From: Candidatus Melainabacteria bacterium 17Bon1m
GTDB lineage: Bacteria > Cyanobacteriota > Vampirovibrionia > Obscuribacterales > Obscuribacteraceae
Direction of reading: 5' to 3'
NCBI GenBank assembly: GCA_032128875.1
Contig: JAVLKG010000002.1
Span: forward strand, 864,001-928,000
Length of the DNA stretch: 64,000 bases
Both the position numbers and the translations under genes were made by a program. The notes below the pieces were generated by a model. That model saw nothing but the letters and a program-made list of their open reading frames with translations, was not told where the DNA came from and made no database searches. Shown one piece after another: positions 54,000 to 64,000 of the stretch; position 1 is the first letter of the stretch, and the number at the start of each line of letters is the position of its first letter.

Positions 54000-55129
54000 G
54001 ACATCGTCTTTCTTTTGCGAGAGGGTTCTTTCAAGGCCATCTCGATTGCTTCTTCAAATTCTTTTGCGGTCTGGTAGCGGTCGTCAGGCTCTTTAGCGAG
54101 CGCTTTTTCAACAACGAGTTCAATCGGTGACCCGGCCGGTATGTCCTCTCTTTGCGAGGATAGAGGCGGCGGTGGTTCGAACAACTGTTTGGTGAGGATA
54201 GACTCGGCCGTCTCTCCTTCGAATGGAACTTTTCCCGTGAGTAGTTCGAAGAGCATTACGCCGACCGCATAGAGATCTGCGCGTGCATCGATTTTTCTGT
54301 CTTTCAGTTGCTCAGGCGCTATGTAAGCAGGTGTGCCGATCAACTTGCCTGTCTGAGTCAGGCGATGTGCGCCAGCGACCAAGTAGGCAATACCGAAATC
54401 CAAAATTTTGATGTGCTGCGAGGAGCCTTTCACCGCTTCGACCAGCACATTGTCCGGTTTTAAATCGCGGTGAATAATGCCAGCTGCATGAGCTTCTCCA
54501 AGTCCGCGACAAATTTGAATGACAATTGCAGCAGCCGTTTTGAGATGCACCGGACCATGGCGATCCAATGCGCGGCGCAAAGATTCGCCGGCAACATATT
54601 CCATGACCAGATAAGGCTCGTTGTTATTGAGCAACCCGCCATCATATACTCTGATGATATTTGGGTGATGCAGTTGGGCTGTGAGTTGGCACTCGCGCTT
54701 GAACCTTTCATTGGCACGCTCGTCGTGGGCTAACCATGACTGCATGACCTTGATCACAACCGGTCGTTCGATCAAATTGTCGAACGCCTGATAAACAACT
54801 GCCATACCCCCATGACCGATGACTGATTGAATTGTGTATTTGCCGCCTACAGTTTTTCCCAGGAGGCGGGACGCTTCTGCCATTTGAACGCGTGGTCTCA
54901 TTTTTGGCTCGGCGCTTTGCGGCAGTCGAGAGCCGTCGATCATGCAGAAATTCGCTTCTTCCGGGTATTGCCGACCACAATTGCCGCAGCGTTTAATCTC
55001 TGGAATTATGTCTACGCTGGTCGTCGCGCCGCGAGCCTCGCCTTCATAATTGAAGGCGCAACCGTCAAACGGGCAATGCGTGGCGCCTTGAGGCAAAAGG
55101 CGATTACATAAAACGCAGCGACGAGTCAC
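53996..55129 (-). CDS. Cytoplasmic Ser/Thr kinase with two N-terminal zinc-ribbon motifs
   Basis: CVLC...CPFDG and CGNC...CMIDG; GHGGMA, HRDLKPDN, DFG, GTPAYIAPEQ. Start moved to GTG 55129 to avoid overlapping the divergent gene. Confidence 0.9.
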   Translation of the reverse strand: MTRRCVLCNRLLPQGATHCPFDGCAFNYEGEARGATTSVDIIPEIKRCGNCGRQYPEEANFCMIDGSRLPQSAEPKMRPRVQMAEASRLLGKTVGGKYTIQSVIGHGGMAVVYQAFDNLIERPVVIKVMQSWLAHDERANERFKRECQLTAQLHHPNIIRVYDGGLLNNNEPYLVMEYVAGESLRRALDRHGPVHLKTAAAIVIQICRGLGEAHAAGIIHRDLKPDNVLVEAVKGSSQHIKILDFGIAYLVAGAHRLTQTGKLIGTPAYIAPEQLKDRKIDARADLYAVGVMLFELLTGKVPFEGETAESILTKQLFEPPPPLSSQREDIPAGSPIELVVEKALAKEPDDRYQTAKEFEEAIEMALKEPSRKRKTMS

Positions 55130-55293
55130 TGTTGGCCCCCCGGGCCTGATTGGTATAAACCGAGCACATTGGGCCGGGGCGGAAACCGACGACCCTATAT
55201 ACCATATGTATCTTACCCAGAGAGGTCTGACGTCCTTCGACAGGGTGAGTAAGCTTTGGGATACTGGTATTAAAGCAAGAATGGGCTCTCGTA

Positions 55294-56481
55294 ATGCCAA
55301 AATTAAACCGCAAAATACTGGGAGGAAGACTGTGCAGGGCTGCACACCATCAGCTTTTCGCTTGCTTTTCTGCGTTTGTTTTGTTTGCACTGAGTTCTGC
55401 AAATGCTCAAAATTATTCGGGACCCGGACAGTCCGATCCAGGTGCTCAAAGCGAGCAAAGTACCGATGCCGCGGGAGGTTCACCTTCGTCTGATCCAAAT
55501 GGCCTGTCCGGTCAATCTGAGTCAGGTGTTTCTTCTGGTTCGCAGAGTGCAGATGGCGTGCCTTCAGATGCGATGCAGGATGAATCGACTTCTAAAGAAG
55601 CATCCTCAAACGCACCTCTGCCGGAGGCTCCGCCCCCGGAAGTGCCGGGGGCATCTAATGGCGGACCAACACCAATTCCAAATGCCGATTCAATTCCGAA
55701 TTCTACAAACACATTTGGAGCCGTCGAAATTCCAGGCTATACAGAAGCGATGAACGCGGCAAAAAATTCAGGACAAACGAAAGGCAATAAACAACTGATT
55801 GAGAGTTTGCGTGATGTTTTTCCGGTCAATGGAAATCCGCTCAAAGACTTGTTTACGCCGCAACCACAATTTGTGACGCCGCAAACTCTTTTGAATCCGC
55901 AACCTCAGGCGCCGAGAGCAGGCGAAGCAAATCCATTGAAAGGTCTTTTCACGCCGCAACCGCAGTATGTAACTCCACAGACGCTGTTGAACCCGGAGCC
56001 CACCCCTGCTGCCGGCGAGCTTAATCACTTCAAGGGCGTTTTTACGGCGCAGCCGCAGTATCCAACACCTCAGACATTGATGAATCCACATCCCCTACCG
56101 CGTTACTATGTGAAAGAACGCATGCCTGACCATTTTTTCGAAAAGAGCACCGGTGGTAAAAAAGCCCCCCTGGATCAGGCTGAAACGGCTTTAGGTCCGT
56201 CCAAACCCTCGCAGAGCATTGCGGCAAACAATAACCACCCGCTCAGGCAGGCGATGTTATTGATTAACAGTGCCCATGAAGAAGATGCTGTTGGATTGAT
56301 GGATAGATTTCTTGTGCAGTATCCAGGCAATATGCAAGCTCGCTATGTGAAAGCTGTTGCGCTTGTCAGATTGCGACGTTTGGGCGATGCGCGTCAGGAA
56401 TACAAAACAATAATGCAGTTTTCCAATGACGTAGCGCTTAAAAAACTTGCTCAGGAAGGCATAAGCAAGTTGGATGAGTGA
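55294..56481 (+). CDS. Exported Pro/Ser-rich protein with three internal repeats and C-terminal TPR-like domain
   Basis: Signal ending ANA; 3x N-P/H-x-K-x-x-FT-x-QPQ-x-x-TPQTL-x-NP; ARYVKAVALVRLRRLGDARQEY. Confidence 0.8.
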   Translation: MPKLNRKILGGRLCRAAHHQLFACFSAFVLFALSSANAQNYSGPGQSDPGAQSEQSTDAAGGSPSSDPNGLSGQSESGVSSGSQSADGVPSDAMQDESTSKEASSNAPLPEAPPPEVPGASNGGPTPIPNADSIPNSTNTFGAVEIPGYTEAMNAAKNSGQTKGNKQLIESLRDVFPVNGNPLKDLFTPQPQFVTPQTLLNPQPQAPRAGEANPLKGLFTPQPQYVTPQTLLNPEPTPAAGELNHFKGVFTAQPQYPTPQTLMNPHPLPRYYVKERMPDHFFEKSTGGKKAPLDQAETALGPSKPSQSIAANNNHPLRQAMLLINSAHEEDAVGLMDRFLVQYPGNMQARYVKAVALVRLRRLGDARQEYKTIMQFSNDVALKKLAQEGISKLDE

Positions 56482-56622
56482 AATGCGCACTTTCTTGTTG
56501 CCAATTGGCGATGTTTTTTTTGTGCTGCGCGATGCCCAAAACTGGCGCAAATCTTAAGAACCTGGCTGTTGTCATTGGAAAAGGGTATGCTGGGATTAGC
56601 TGCCAGTTTCTAAGGTAACCCA

Positions 56623-57186
56623 GTGAATCAGATTAGTAACGGCACTTCTGACACCAATCCATTGTCCAAAGAGCGAATCCTCAACTTCAGCGTTGCGGCC
56701 GGTTCGCTTTGGATTACTCGGCACTTGCTTTTCGGCATGGTTTTCTATTTCATGATTTGCCAGATTCCGGGCATCATGGTCAAAGCTGATTTGTTCAGAT
56801 GTGTCGGTATTTCACTTTTGCTGTCGATGACATTTTTCCTCGTGACGACAGCTCTTGCACTCTTGGGCAGTCTTTCCTACGTGACCTACAAGTTGATGAA
56901 AAACTCGCAAGAGTTTTTGCAAAATGACAATTCACCCAATCTCGAATGGATAAAAGACAAACGTTTTATCGTGCCTTCCTACGTTCTTGGAGTCATTTTC
57001 AACGCGATTCTTTTGAAAGCGTTTTCGAGCTTCTACCCCAATTTGATTTTGGTAGAAGGTTGGATGCCTGCTGTAATGGCGGCGATCATTATTGTGATCG
57101 CCAATCGTTGCCTGCACGCGCTGCAGAAAAACGTCGTTAAGCTTTCGCTCAGCGAAGAAATCAAAACCGCTGCCGGACGAATTTAG
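56623..57186 (+). CDS. Small membrane protein, weakly YvlD/DUF360 (4-TM holin-like) family
   Basis: Four hydrophobic segments; VIFNAILLK...LVEGWMPAVMAAIII resembles the family C-terminus. Confidence 0.55.
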   Translation: MNQISNGTSDTNPLSKERILNFSVAAGSLWITRHLLFGMVFYFMICQIPGIMVKADLFRCVGISLLLSMTFFLVTTALALLGSLSYVTYKLMKNSQEFLQNDNSPNLEWIKDKRFIVPSYVLGVIFNAILLKAFSSFYPNLILVEGWMPAVMAAIIIVIANRCLHALQKNVVKLSLSEEIKTAAGRI

Positions 57187-58799
57187 AGAACTGCTGTTTC
57201 TCTGTAGGCGCCATGCACTTCGCGCATAGCGTCGCAAACTTCACCCATGGTGGCGTATGTTTTCACTGCCTCCAAAATCAACGGGAAGCTGTTGCCGCCG
57301 TTGCGGAGCGCTTCTTTCAATTTCTCGAGCGATTCGGTTACTTTTGCCTGATCGCGTCTTGCTTTCAGTTTTTCCAGTCTCGCCACTTGTCTGTCTTGAT
57401 ACTGGCGGCCGATTTTAAGAATTTCGATTCCAGGTCCTTCAGCCTCTTCAGTGAAGCCGTTCAAGCCAACGAAGATGCGGTCTTTGGAGTCGAGTTTTTG
57501 TTGGAATTGATATGCAGAGTCGGCAATTTCTTTCATGAAGTAGCCTTTCTCGATACCGGATATGACACCACCGATTTCTTCGATTTGTTTGAAGTATTCT
57601 TCGGCTTGGCGCTCTAATTCATCAGTCAGCCATTCAACGTAATACGAGCCGGCAAGGGGATCGGCGACGTTGGTCACACCGGTTTCGAAGGCGATGATTT
57701 GCTGCGTACGCAATGCGATGTGCGCCGCTTTTTCGGTCGGCAGTCCAAGCACTTCATCCATTGAATTGGTGTGCAGTGATTGCGTTCCGCCCAGCACTCC
57801 AGCGAGCGCTTCGATTGCTGTGCGCACGATGTTGTTTTCTGGCTGGGGAGCGGTCAAGCTGCATCCTGCAGTTTGCGTGTGGAATCGCAGTTTGAGGGAT
57901 CGCTCATCCTTAGCGCCATATTTGTCGCGCATGCGGCGAGCCCAAATTCTTCTTGCTGCGCGGTATTTTGCAATCTCTTCAAAGAAGTCGATGTGAGCAT
58001 TGAAGAAGAATGAAAGACGCGGAACGAAGTCGTCGATGTTGAGACCTGCTTCTATACCGGCGTCTACATAAGCAAAACCATCCGCTAGAGTAAATGCAAG
58101 TTCTTGCGCTGCAGTCGCGCCTGCTTCACGAATGTGATATCCAGAGACTGAAATGTGGTTCCACTTCGGCACTTCGTTTGTGCAGAAAACCATCATGTCT
58201 TTGATCAATTGCACAGCCGGACGCGGTGGCAAAAGGTATGTCTTCTGAGCGATGTACTCTTTGAAGATGTCGTTTTGCAATGTGCCGTTCAGCTGTTTTA
58301 GATCGAAACCACGCTTTTGAGCATTAGCGAGGAACATCGCAAAGATAATTACGGCCGGACCATTGATGGTCATCGAGGTGGAAACTTTGTCCAACGGCAG
58401 ATCTTGATAGAGGATTTCCATATCTTCGAGGCTGTCGATTGCAACACCGCAAACTCCAACTTCGCCGTTAGATACTGGATTGTCCGAGTCATAGCCCATC
58501 AATGTCGGCAGGTCGAAAGCGGTCGAAAGCCCTGTCTGACCTTGAGAAAGCAAATATTTGAAACGGGCATTTGTCTCTTCAGGACCGCCAAAACCGGCAA
58601 ACTGACGCATTGTCCAGACTTTGCCGCGATACATGTTGTTGTGAATGCCGCGTGTGTACGGGAAAACACCCGGATCATTCAGCTTTTCGTCATACTTCCA
58701 ATCTTTAAGATCTTCTTTCGTGTAGACCGGCTTGAGCGGAATGCCCGAAATTGTTTCGAAGGTCTTCTCCACTTTCGGCTTTGTCAGTTCTTTGACCAT
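57183..58799 (-). CDS. B12-dependent acyl-CoA mutase large subunit, isobutyryl-CoA mutase (IcmA)-type signature
   Basis: PGVFPYTRG, WTMRQFAGFG, AFDLPT, QNDIFKEYIAQ, SGYHIREAG, HTQTAG, QSLHTNSMDE; no DxH B12-binding domain. Confidence 0.92.
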   Translation of the reverse strand: MVKELTKPKVEKTFETISGIPLKPVYTKEDLKDWKYDEKLNDPGVFPYTRGIHNNMYRGKVWTMRQFAGFGGPEETNARFKYLLSQGQTGLSTAFDLPTLMGYDSDNPVSNGEVGVCGVAIDSLEDMEILYQDLPLDKVSTSMTINGPAVIIFAMFLANAQKRGFDLKQLNGTLQNDIFKEYIAQKTYLLPPRPAVQLIKDMMVFCTNEVPKWNHISVSGYHIREAGATAAQELAFTLADGFAYVDAGIEAGLNIDDFVPRLSFFFNAHIDFFEEIAKYRAARRIWARRMRDKYGAKDERSLKLRFHTQTAGCSLTAPQPENNIVRTAIEALAGVLGGTQSLHTNSMDEVLGLPTEKAAHIALRTQQIIAFETGVTNVADPLAGSYYVEWLTDELERQAEEYFKQIEEIGGVISGIEKGYFMKEIADSAYQFQQKLDSKDRIFVGLNGFTEEAEGPGIEILKIGRQYQDRQVARLEKLKARRDQAKVTESLEKLKEALRNGGNSFPLILEAVKTYATMGEVCDAMREVHGAYRETAVL

Positions 58800-58929
58800 T
58801 TGTCCGCTCCTGGTAGTCTTTGAATTTCGCGAGTAATTCTAATACGCGCGAATGAGTTATGATCTCCACTTGTCAGTCTACAACACAGATCTGACAGTGT
58901 AATAATTTCATAATCGAGGTGCTTTTGTC

Positions 58930-60663
58930 ATGACATCGGCGGCGTCGGCTAAATCGGCACAGACAACAAAATCCGGACCCGAGCTCATAAAAGCCATTTT
59001 GCAGAGCAAAGAGGCTATCCAGGTTCAGGCTCCCAGAGGCTCTGCGCTGAATGCCAAAGGCTGGGTTCAAGAAGCGGCGCTACGCATGCTCTTGAACAAT
59101 CTCGATAAGGAAGTAGCTGAGCGACCTGAAGACCTCGTTGTTTACGGTGGCTCCGGCAAAGCAGCGCGCAACTGGAGCTGTTTCAAGGCGATCGTTAAAG
59201 AACTGGTCGATCTCGAGAATGATGAAACATTGCTGGTTCAATCCGGCAAACCGGTCGGCAAATTCCGCACCCATGAAGACGCTCCTAGAGTTTTGATTGC
59301 CAATTCCAACCTGGTCGGAAATTGGGCAAACTGGAACTATTTCCGTGATCTGGAGCAGAAGGGCTTGATCATGTTTGGTCAAATGACAGCCGGCTCCTGG
59401 ATTTACATCGGTACTCAGGGCATTTTGCAGGGGACTTATGAAACATTTGCAGCGCTTGCTCGCAAACATTTCGACGGCTCGCTGAAAGGAAAAGTTGTGC
59501 TCACAGCCGGTCTCGGCGGTATGGGTGGAGCTCAGCCGTTGGCTGTAACCATGAACGATGGAATCGCCATCTGCGTCGAAGTTGACGAAAGCCGCATCGA
59601 TAGACGATTAGAAACGAAATATCTAGATGTGAAAGCCTTTAACCTCGAACACGCTCTGAAGCTCGCTAAAGAGGCGAAGGAAAAAGGAAATCCCTTGTCC
59701 ATCGGACTCTTGGGCAATGCGGCAGAAGTTCTTCCGGAGCTCTTGAAACAAGGTTTTTTGCCGGATGCGCTCACTGATCAAACTTCCGCACACGATCCCC
59801 TGACTGGTTATGTACCTAAGGGCTACTCACTAGAAATGGCTGCCGAACTGCGTTCTAGCGATCCGAAGAAATATGTGGAGTTGTCGACGCAGTCGATTGT
59901 TGAGCATGTGGAAGCAATGCTCGAGTTTCAAAAACGTGGCGCAATCACATTTGACTACGGCAACAATATTCGCCAGGTCGCTTTTGATAAGGGCGTCGCA
60001 AACGCTTTCGATTTCCCGGGATTTGTTCCGGCGTACATCAGACCGCTGTTCTGCGAAGGCAAGGGACCTTTCAGATGGGCTGCTCTGTCAGGCGATCCGA
60101 AAGACATAGACAGAATTGATAAAGCAATTTTGGAGAATTTTGCAGACAATAAGGCGCTCTGCAAGTGGATCAAGATGGCCAACGAAAAGGTCGCCTTTCA
60201 GGGCCTGCCTGCTCGCATTTGCTGGCTCGGCTACGGAGATCGCGCCAAATTGGGGCTGATTATCAATAAGCTGGTTGCAGCGGGTGAAGTTTCTGCTCCG
60301 ATAGTAATCGGCCGTGACCACCTTGATGCCGGCTCAGTAGCCTCACCCAATCGCGAAACCGAATCGATGAAAGACGGCTCGGACGCAATTGCCGATTGGG
60401 TTTATCTGAACGCGATGATTAACGCAGTCGGCGGCGCTAGCTGGGTTTCGCTCCACCATGGTGGTGGTGTCGGCATCGGTTATTCCCTGCACGCCGGTCA
60501 GGTGATTGTTGCTGATGGCACTATTGATGCCGATCGCCGCTTGAAGAGAGTGCTCACTACCGACCCGGGAATGGGTGTGATTCGACATGTCGACGCTGGA
60601 TACGATGAAGCGATTGATTTCGCTAAGAAAGCGGGAGTTCATATCCCAATGAATAACGACTAG
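58930..60663 (+). CDS. hutU: Urocanate hydratase
   Basis: [60 protein letters not shown]. Confidence 0.97.
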   Translation: MTSAASAKSAQTTKSGPELIKAILQSKEAIQVQAPRGSALNAKGWVQEAALRMLLNNLDKEVAERPEDLVVYGGSGKAARNWSCFKAIVKELVDLENDETLLVQSGKPVGKFRTHEDAPRVLIANSNLVGNWANWNYFRDLEQKGLIMFGQMTAGSWIYIGTQGILQGTYETFAALARKHFDGSLKGKVVLTAGLGGMGGAQPLAVTMNDGIAICVEVDESRIDRRLETKYLDVKAFNLEHALKLAKEAKEKGNPLSIGLLGNAAEVLPELLKQGFLPDALTDQTSAHDPLTGYVPKGYSLEMAAELRSSDPKKYVELSTQSIVEHVEAMLEFQKRGAITFDYGNNIRQVAFDKGVANAFDFPGFVPAYIRPLFCEGKGPFRWAALSGDPKDIDRIDKAILENFADNKALCKWIKMANEKVAFQGLPARICWLGYGDRAKLGLIINKLVAAGEVSAPIVIGRDHLDAGSVASPNRETESMKDGSDAIADWVYLNAMINAVGGASWVSLHHGGGVGIGYSLHAGQVIVADGTIDADRRLKRVLTTDPGMGVIRHVDAGYDEAIDFAKKAGVHIPMNND

Positions 60664-61016
60664 TCGACCGTTTGACGTTTTGCAAACGAGTCCTTGACAA
60701 GTGGAACCGGCCAAGTGCCCCTTCTGTCTTTGATTTTGCGCGGGCAGAAATTGAAGCTTTTGCTCGGGTCTAATATTTGCCTTGCAAAAGTCAAACAGCT
60801 ATCGAAGAGATGAAAGGCAGATGAGCGATTGTGCCCTTTTAGAAAGGCTCTCGATATAACCTCAGGTTTGAGATATCAAGGGTTTTACCTCCTATTAAAT
60901 TACTTTTTGCCTGCCACTTCACTTCCTTTTGCCCAAGCGTTATATGATCGGTATCGTCAGGGAAAGTTTCTTCAAATCCACACTGGTTCTAGCTTTTAGC
61001 AATTTGGTATATCCAC

Positions 61017-62270
61017 ATGGGGCGTCTTGTTCAAAAGTTCGGTGGCACGTCGGTAGCAGACGTCAAAAAAATCCGCAAAGCTGCTGAAATTGCAGTAAAG
61101 AGCGCTTCAGAAGGCAATGAAGTCGCCGTTGTGGTTTCTGCGATGGGCCACACGACAGACCACCTGATCACGATGGCTGAAGAAATTTCCGATAGTCCTG
61201 ATGCCCGTGAGATGGACATGCTCATGTCCACCGGAGAGCAAGTCTCCATTGCACTGATGTCGATGGCAATTCAGTCTTTGGGCTGGCAGTCACGCTCCTT
61301 CACTGGGCACCAAGCAGGCATTATCACCGGCTCTAGCCATGGCACGGCTAAGATCAGAGAAGTTCGCCCTGATAAAGTAGAGTCTAGTTTGAAACGCGGC
61401 GAAATTGCAGTTGTGGCTGGGTTTCAAGGCATCACCGATAGCAATGACATAACCACTCTTGGTCGTGGCGGTTCCGATACGACAGCCGTAGCCCTTGCAG
61501 GCGCGCTGTCCGCCGAACGTTGTGACATCTACACTGATGTTGCCGGCGTTTATACCTGCGACCCGCGAATCGTTCCGGAAGCCCGCAAACTCTCGGCTAT
61601 AAGCTATGAAGAGATGCTCGAATTGGCTGCTACCGGTGCTCAAGTTATGCAGGCGCGTTCCATTGAAATGGCGATGGATAACCATGTCCCGATTCGAGTG
61701 CGTTCGACTTTCAAGCCCGAAGACTCCGGCACGCTCATTACAAATCGCCTGGCAGCGCCCGAGTATACGGTCTGCGGCTTATCGCTGGATTTGAATCAGG
61801 CTTCCGTAACACTTAAGTGTCCTGCTCAGGACAATGATGCTAAGCGGGTTGAGGGTGTCTCCTCACTTTTTACTCGCCTGCAAGAACTCAATATCGCTAC
61901 CGACATGGTCATGCTTCTTGCCCGTGAAGATGAGCCTTGCCAGGAATTTGCATTTACTGTGGAAAAGCGCTCAGTACCACGTGTTCTTTCTATAATCGAG
62001 TCTCTGGGCAAGACACTGGGCTCGCCGCATATCCATTGCGACACAGACATTGCTCGGATTTCTGTTGTGGGCCGGCGTTTGACCAGCCGTCCTGAGGTGG
62101 TCGCCACTGTCTTCGACCAGTTGAGCAGTGCGGCAATTCCTGTTCTGATGGTCACTTCCGCCGATCTGCGAGTGAGCATTGTCGTGCCGGCTTCCTATGC
62201 AAAAGAAGCTGTGAGGCTGGTTCACGAACGATTCAATCTGGCTGAAGTAGGCATGGACTTTGCCCCCTGA
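61017..62270 (+). CDS. lysC: Aspartate kinase (two ACT domains)
   Basis: VQKFGGTSV, VVSAMG, TLGRGGSDTTA, YTDVAGVYTCDPR, EMLELA. Confidence 0.95.
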   Translation: MGRLVQKFGGTSVADVKKIRKAAEIAVKSASEGNEVAVVVSAMGHTTDHLITMAEEISDSPDAREMDMLMSTGEQVSIALMSMAIQSLGWQSRSFTGHQAGIITGSSHGTAKIREVRPDKVESSLKRGEIAVVAGFQGITDSNDITTLGRGGSDTTAVALAGALSAERCDIYTDVAGVYTCDPRIVPEARKLSAISYEEMLELAATGAQVMQARSIEMAMDNHVPIRVRSTFKPEDSGTLITNRLAAPEYTVCGLSLDLNQASVTLKCPAQDNDAKRVEGVSSLFTRLQELNIATDMVMLLAREDEPCQEFAFTVEKRSVPRVLSIIESLGKTLGSPHIHCDTDIARISVVGRRLTSRPEVVATVFDQLSSAAIPVLMVTSADLRVSIVVPASYAKEAVRLVHERFNLAEVGMDFAP

Positions 62271-62367
62271 TTTTCAATACAAAACTTCGCTGAAAGAGAT
62301 TTGCTGAGGGCCGCCGTTTAGAATAAATAGTTTCTCAAACGACGTACTAACGCCAGAGGTGACGAAA

Positions 62368-62718
62368 ATGCCATCATTCGACAACTTTTTCAGCAAGGTC
62401 AAAGACGTAGCCAAAGATGCGGCTGACAAGACCGGTAAACAAGCAAAGATTGCCAAGCTCAAAATCAATATCAAAACCCTTGATATGGAAAAGAACAGAC
62501 ATTTCCAGACCATTGGTTTGCGCACATTTATTCTCTGGACAGAATCGAGATCGCTTGATGGTCTGGTCGATCGAGTCCATGATGAATTGACTCAGATTGA
62601 CAGAGCTGAAGCCAGAATCAAAGAATTGGAAGAAGAAATCGCAGAAATTCAAGCAGGCTCTTTGGACGTCAATGACGTAACCGAAGAGGAAGAAAAAGAA
62701 GAGAAAGAAGACAAATAG
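62368..62718 (+). CDS. Hypothetical coiled-coil protein
   Basis: GAGGTG RBS before ATG 62368; helical, acidic tail. Confidence 0.7.
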   Translation: MPSFDNFFSKVKDVAKDAADKTGKQAKIAKLKINIKTLDMEKNRHFQTIGLRTFILWTESRSLDGLVDRVHDELTQIDRAEARIKELEEEIAEIQAGSLDVNDVTEEEEKEEKEDK

Positions 62719-62767
62719 AGCTCGGTGGTTGCGCGCTTCAACTGCTGATCCTCGACAATGAGGCCAC

Positions 62768-63475
62768 ATGCAAGAACAAAAGCAAGTCCGCAAAAGTTGC
62801 TGTTCAATTCTGAGACCTAACAGGAAACTTGCTTTATTCCTCGCTTTTGCACCTCTTTTGTTGTCAGAGTCTTTCCATCCTGTATTAGCCGACGCAATTT
62901 CACCTCACATCACATCTGGTGGCAAGGTGTATTCGGAAGAAAGACCGAATAGAGAATTCTTCGGCAATGGGATGAGCGGCAGATTGAGCGAAGCATCGCA
63001 TCTTAGATTCACTGGCGAGCAGGCCTATGATGATGGCGATTTGCCGCTCGCATTGAAGAAATTGAGCAAGGCTGTGCAGCTCGATCCTGGTGATCCGACC
63101 GGGCATTTTATGTATGCTCGTGCAATGACGGCAAAGATAAATCGCGATTTGAAAAAGGGTGTACCGATCGATCAAGAGATGATGACCGATTGCATTGATG
63201 AGTGGAAGTTGATCGCACTTCACGATGCAGATAATTTTGAGCAGGCTGAAGCAAAATCGCAGTGGCGTCGTTTGGCGAGAATAGCCAAAGAGATGAACAT
63301 GCCGGAAGAGGAAAAACCTTCTAGATTCGCCAGATTGATGGGCCGAGGACGCAGTAAAGTAGCTTCGAAAGAGAAGCCGAAATTGGCGCAAAGAGATACT
63401 GACGATTTCAAAGAAAAAGAAAATCCCGGAAGACCGCTAAGCGAAATAGAGCGGCCTTTCAAAGAATATCAATAA
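62768..63475 (+). CDS. Exported TPR-like hypothetical protein
   Basis: Signal ending VLA; ALKKLSKAVQLDPGDPTGHFMYARA; GAGG RBS. Confidence 0.75.
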   Translation: MQEQKQVRKSCCSILRPNRKLALFLAFAPLLLSESFHPVLADAISPHITSGGKVYSEERPNREFFGNGMSGRLSEASHLRFTGEQAYDDGDLPLALKKLSKAVQLDPGDPTGHFMYARAMTAKINRDLKKGVPIDQEMMTDCIDEWKLIALHDADNFEQAEAKSQWRRLARIAKEMNMPEEEKPSRFARLMGRGRSKVASKEKPKLAQRDTDDFKEKENPGRPLSEIERPFKEYQ

Positions 63476-63529
63476 GGCTGCCGCTTTAAGAGTAAGCGAC
63501 AGCCCTATTAAGAGTTAGCTCTAGCGTGA

Positions 63530-64000
63530 TTACGACTTGGCGGCAGCCTTTTCTTTGGTGCCCGACTTATCACCAGTGCCATACACCGGTGTAAGCCAGT
63601 GCATGTATTTTTTCTGCTCGCCTCTGCACATTGATGTGTAGAATTCGCGAATTTTGCCGGTCATCTCTCCGCACTTACCACCCGAAATTTCGCGCTTGTC
63701 GATTTCGATGATTGGTGCAATCTGAGCTCCAGTTCCGCAGAAGAAGAGCTCGTCAGCTGTGTACAGTTCGCTTCTGTCTACTGTGCGAGAAATTGTTTCG
63801 TAGCCGAACTCTGCTTGTGCAAATTCCATAATGCTACTGCGCGTGATGCCTTCGAGAATGTTTTCCGAAATTGGCGTTGTTATCAACTTTCCATTCTTCA
63901 CCATAAAGATGTTCATGGCGCTGCCTTCGGAGACGTGTCCGTTTTCCGAAAGAACAATGCACTCGTCAAAACCTGCCAGAATCGCATCTGTTTTTGCCAG
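63530..64000 (-). CDS. ilvE: Branched-chain amino acid aminotransferase, 5'-truncated by the window edge
   Basis: GFDECIVLSENGHVSEGSAMNIF, ILEGITR, ELYTADELFFCGTGAQIAPI. Confidence 0.93.
   Translation of the reverse strand: MAKTDAILAGFDECIVLSENGHVSEGSAMNIFMVKNGKLITTPISENILEGITRSSIMEFAQAEFGYETISRTVDRSELYTADELFFCGTGAQIAPIIEIDKREISGGKCGEMTGKIREFYTSMCRGEQKKYMHWLTPVYGTGDKSGTKEKAAAKS

Noticed and set aside
56623-57186. Prophage signal from the holin-like gene
   Set aside because: Weak similarity, the family is common in non-phage contexts, and no phage genes are nearby
60664-61016. Lysine riboswitch upstream of lysC (GATGAAAGG present)
   Set aside because: No AGAGG start, GCCGAA or five-way junction pairing that I could find
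1-64000. CRISPR arrays, tRNA/rRNA, IS elements, integrases, defence systems
   Set aside because: No repeat-spacer periodicity, cloverleaf, transposase/integrase or defence-domain motifs seen by eye

Overview
Gene-dense bacterial chromosomal segment with about 52 CDS. I found no rRNA, tRNA, CRISPR array, transposase or prophage. The gene content (ictB, DUF4330, DUF2203, Hanks kinases with LRRs, a Tad-like giant protein, a fused complex III-IV operon, no photosynthesis genes) suggests a non-photosynthetic relative of Cyanobacteria (Vampirovibrionia/Melainabacteria, probably Obscuribacterales). That assignment is inference. The centrepiece is a 12-gene minus-strand respiratory operon (40701->31795): ccoN, ccoO-cyt c fusion, ccoS, CcoP-N-like peptide, dihaem c lipoprotein, Rieske, cytochrome b #1, two small membrane proteins, cytochrome b #2, MvhD and a 41-aa peptide. 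Cytochrome b #1 has lost both bH haem ligands. Cytochrome b #2 keeps all four His and carries an HdrA-like 2x[4Fe-4S] tail next to MvhD. This points to an asymmetric bc complex wired to a cytoplasmic Fe-S chain. Other notable items: a catalytically degenerate RNase J, an isobutyryl-CoA-mutase-type B12 enzyme, a 1423-aa protein with an annexin-like repeat paired with a PsbP/DUF1795-like gene, a candidate ~115-nt orphan sRNA, and a four-unit Pho-box-like array upstream of an EF-hand gene. All calls come from reading motifs by eye; no searches were run.
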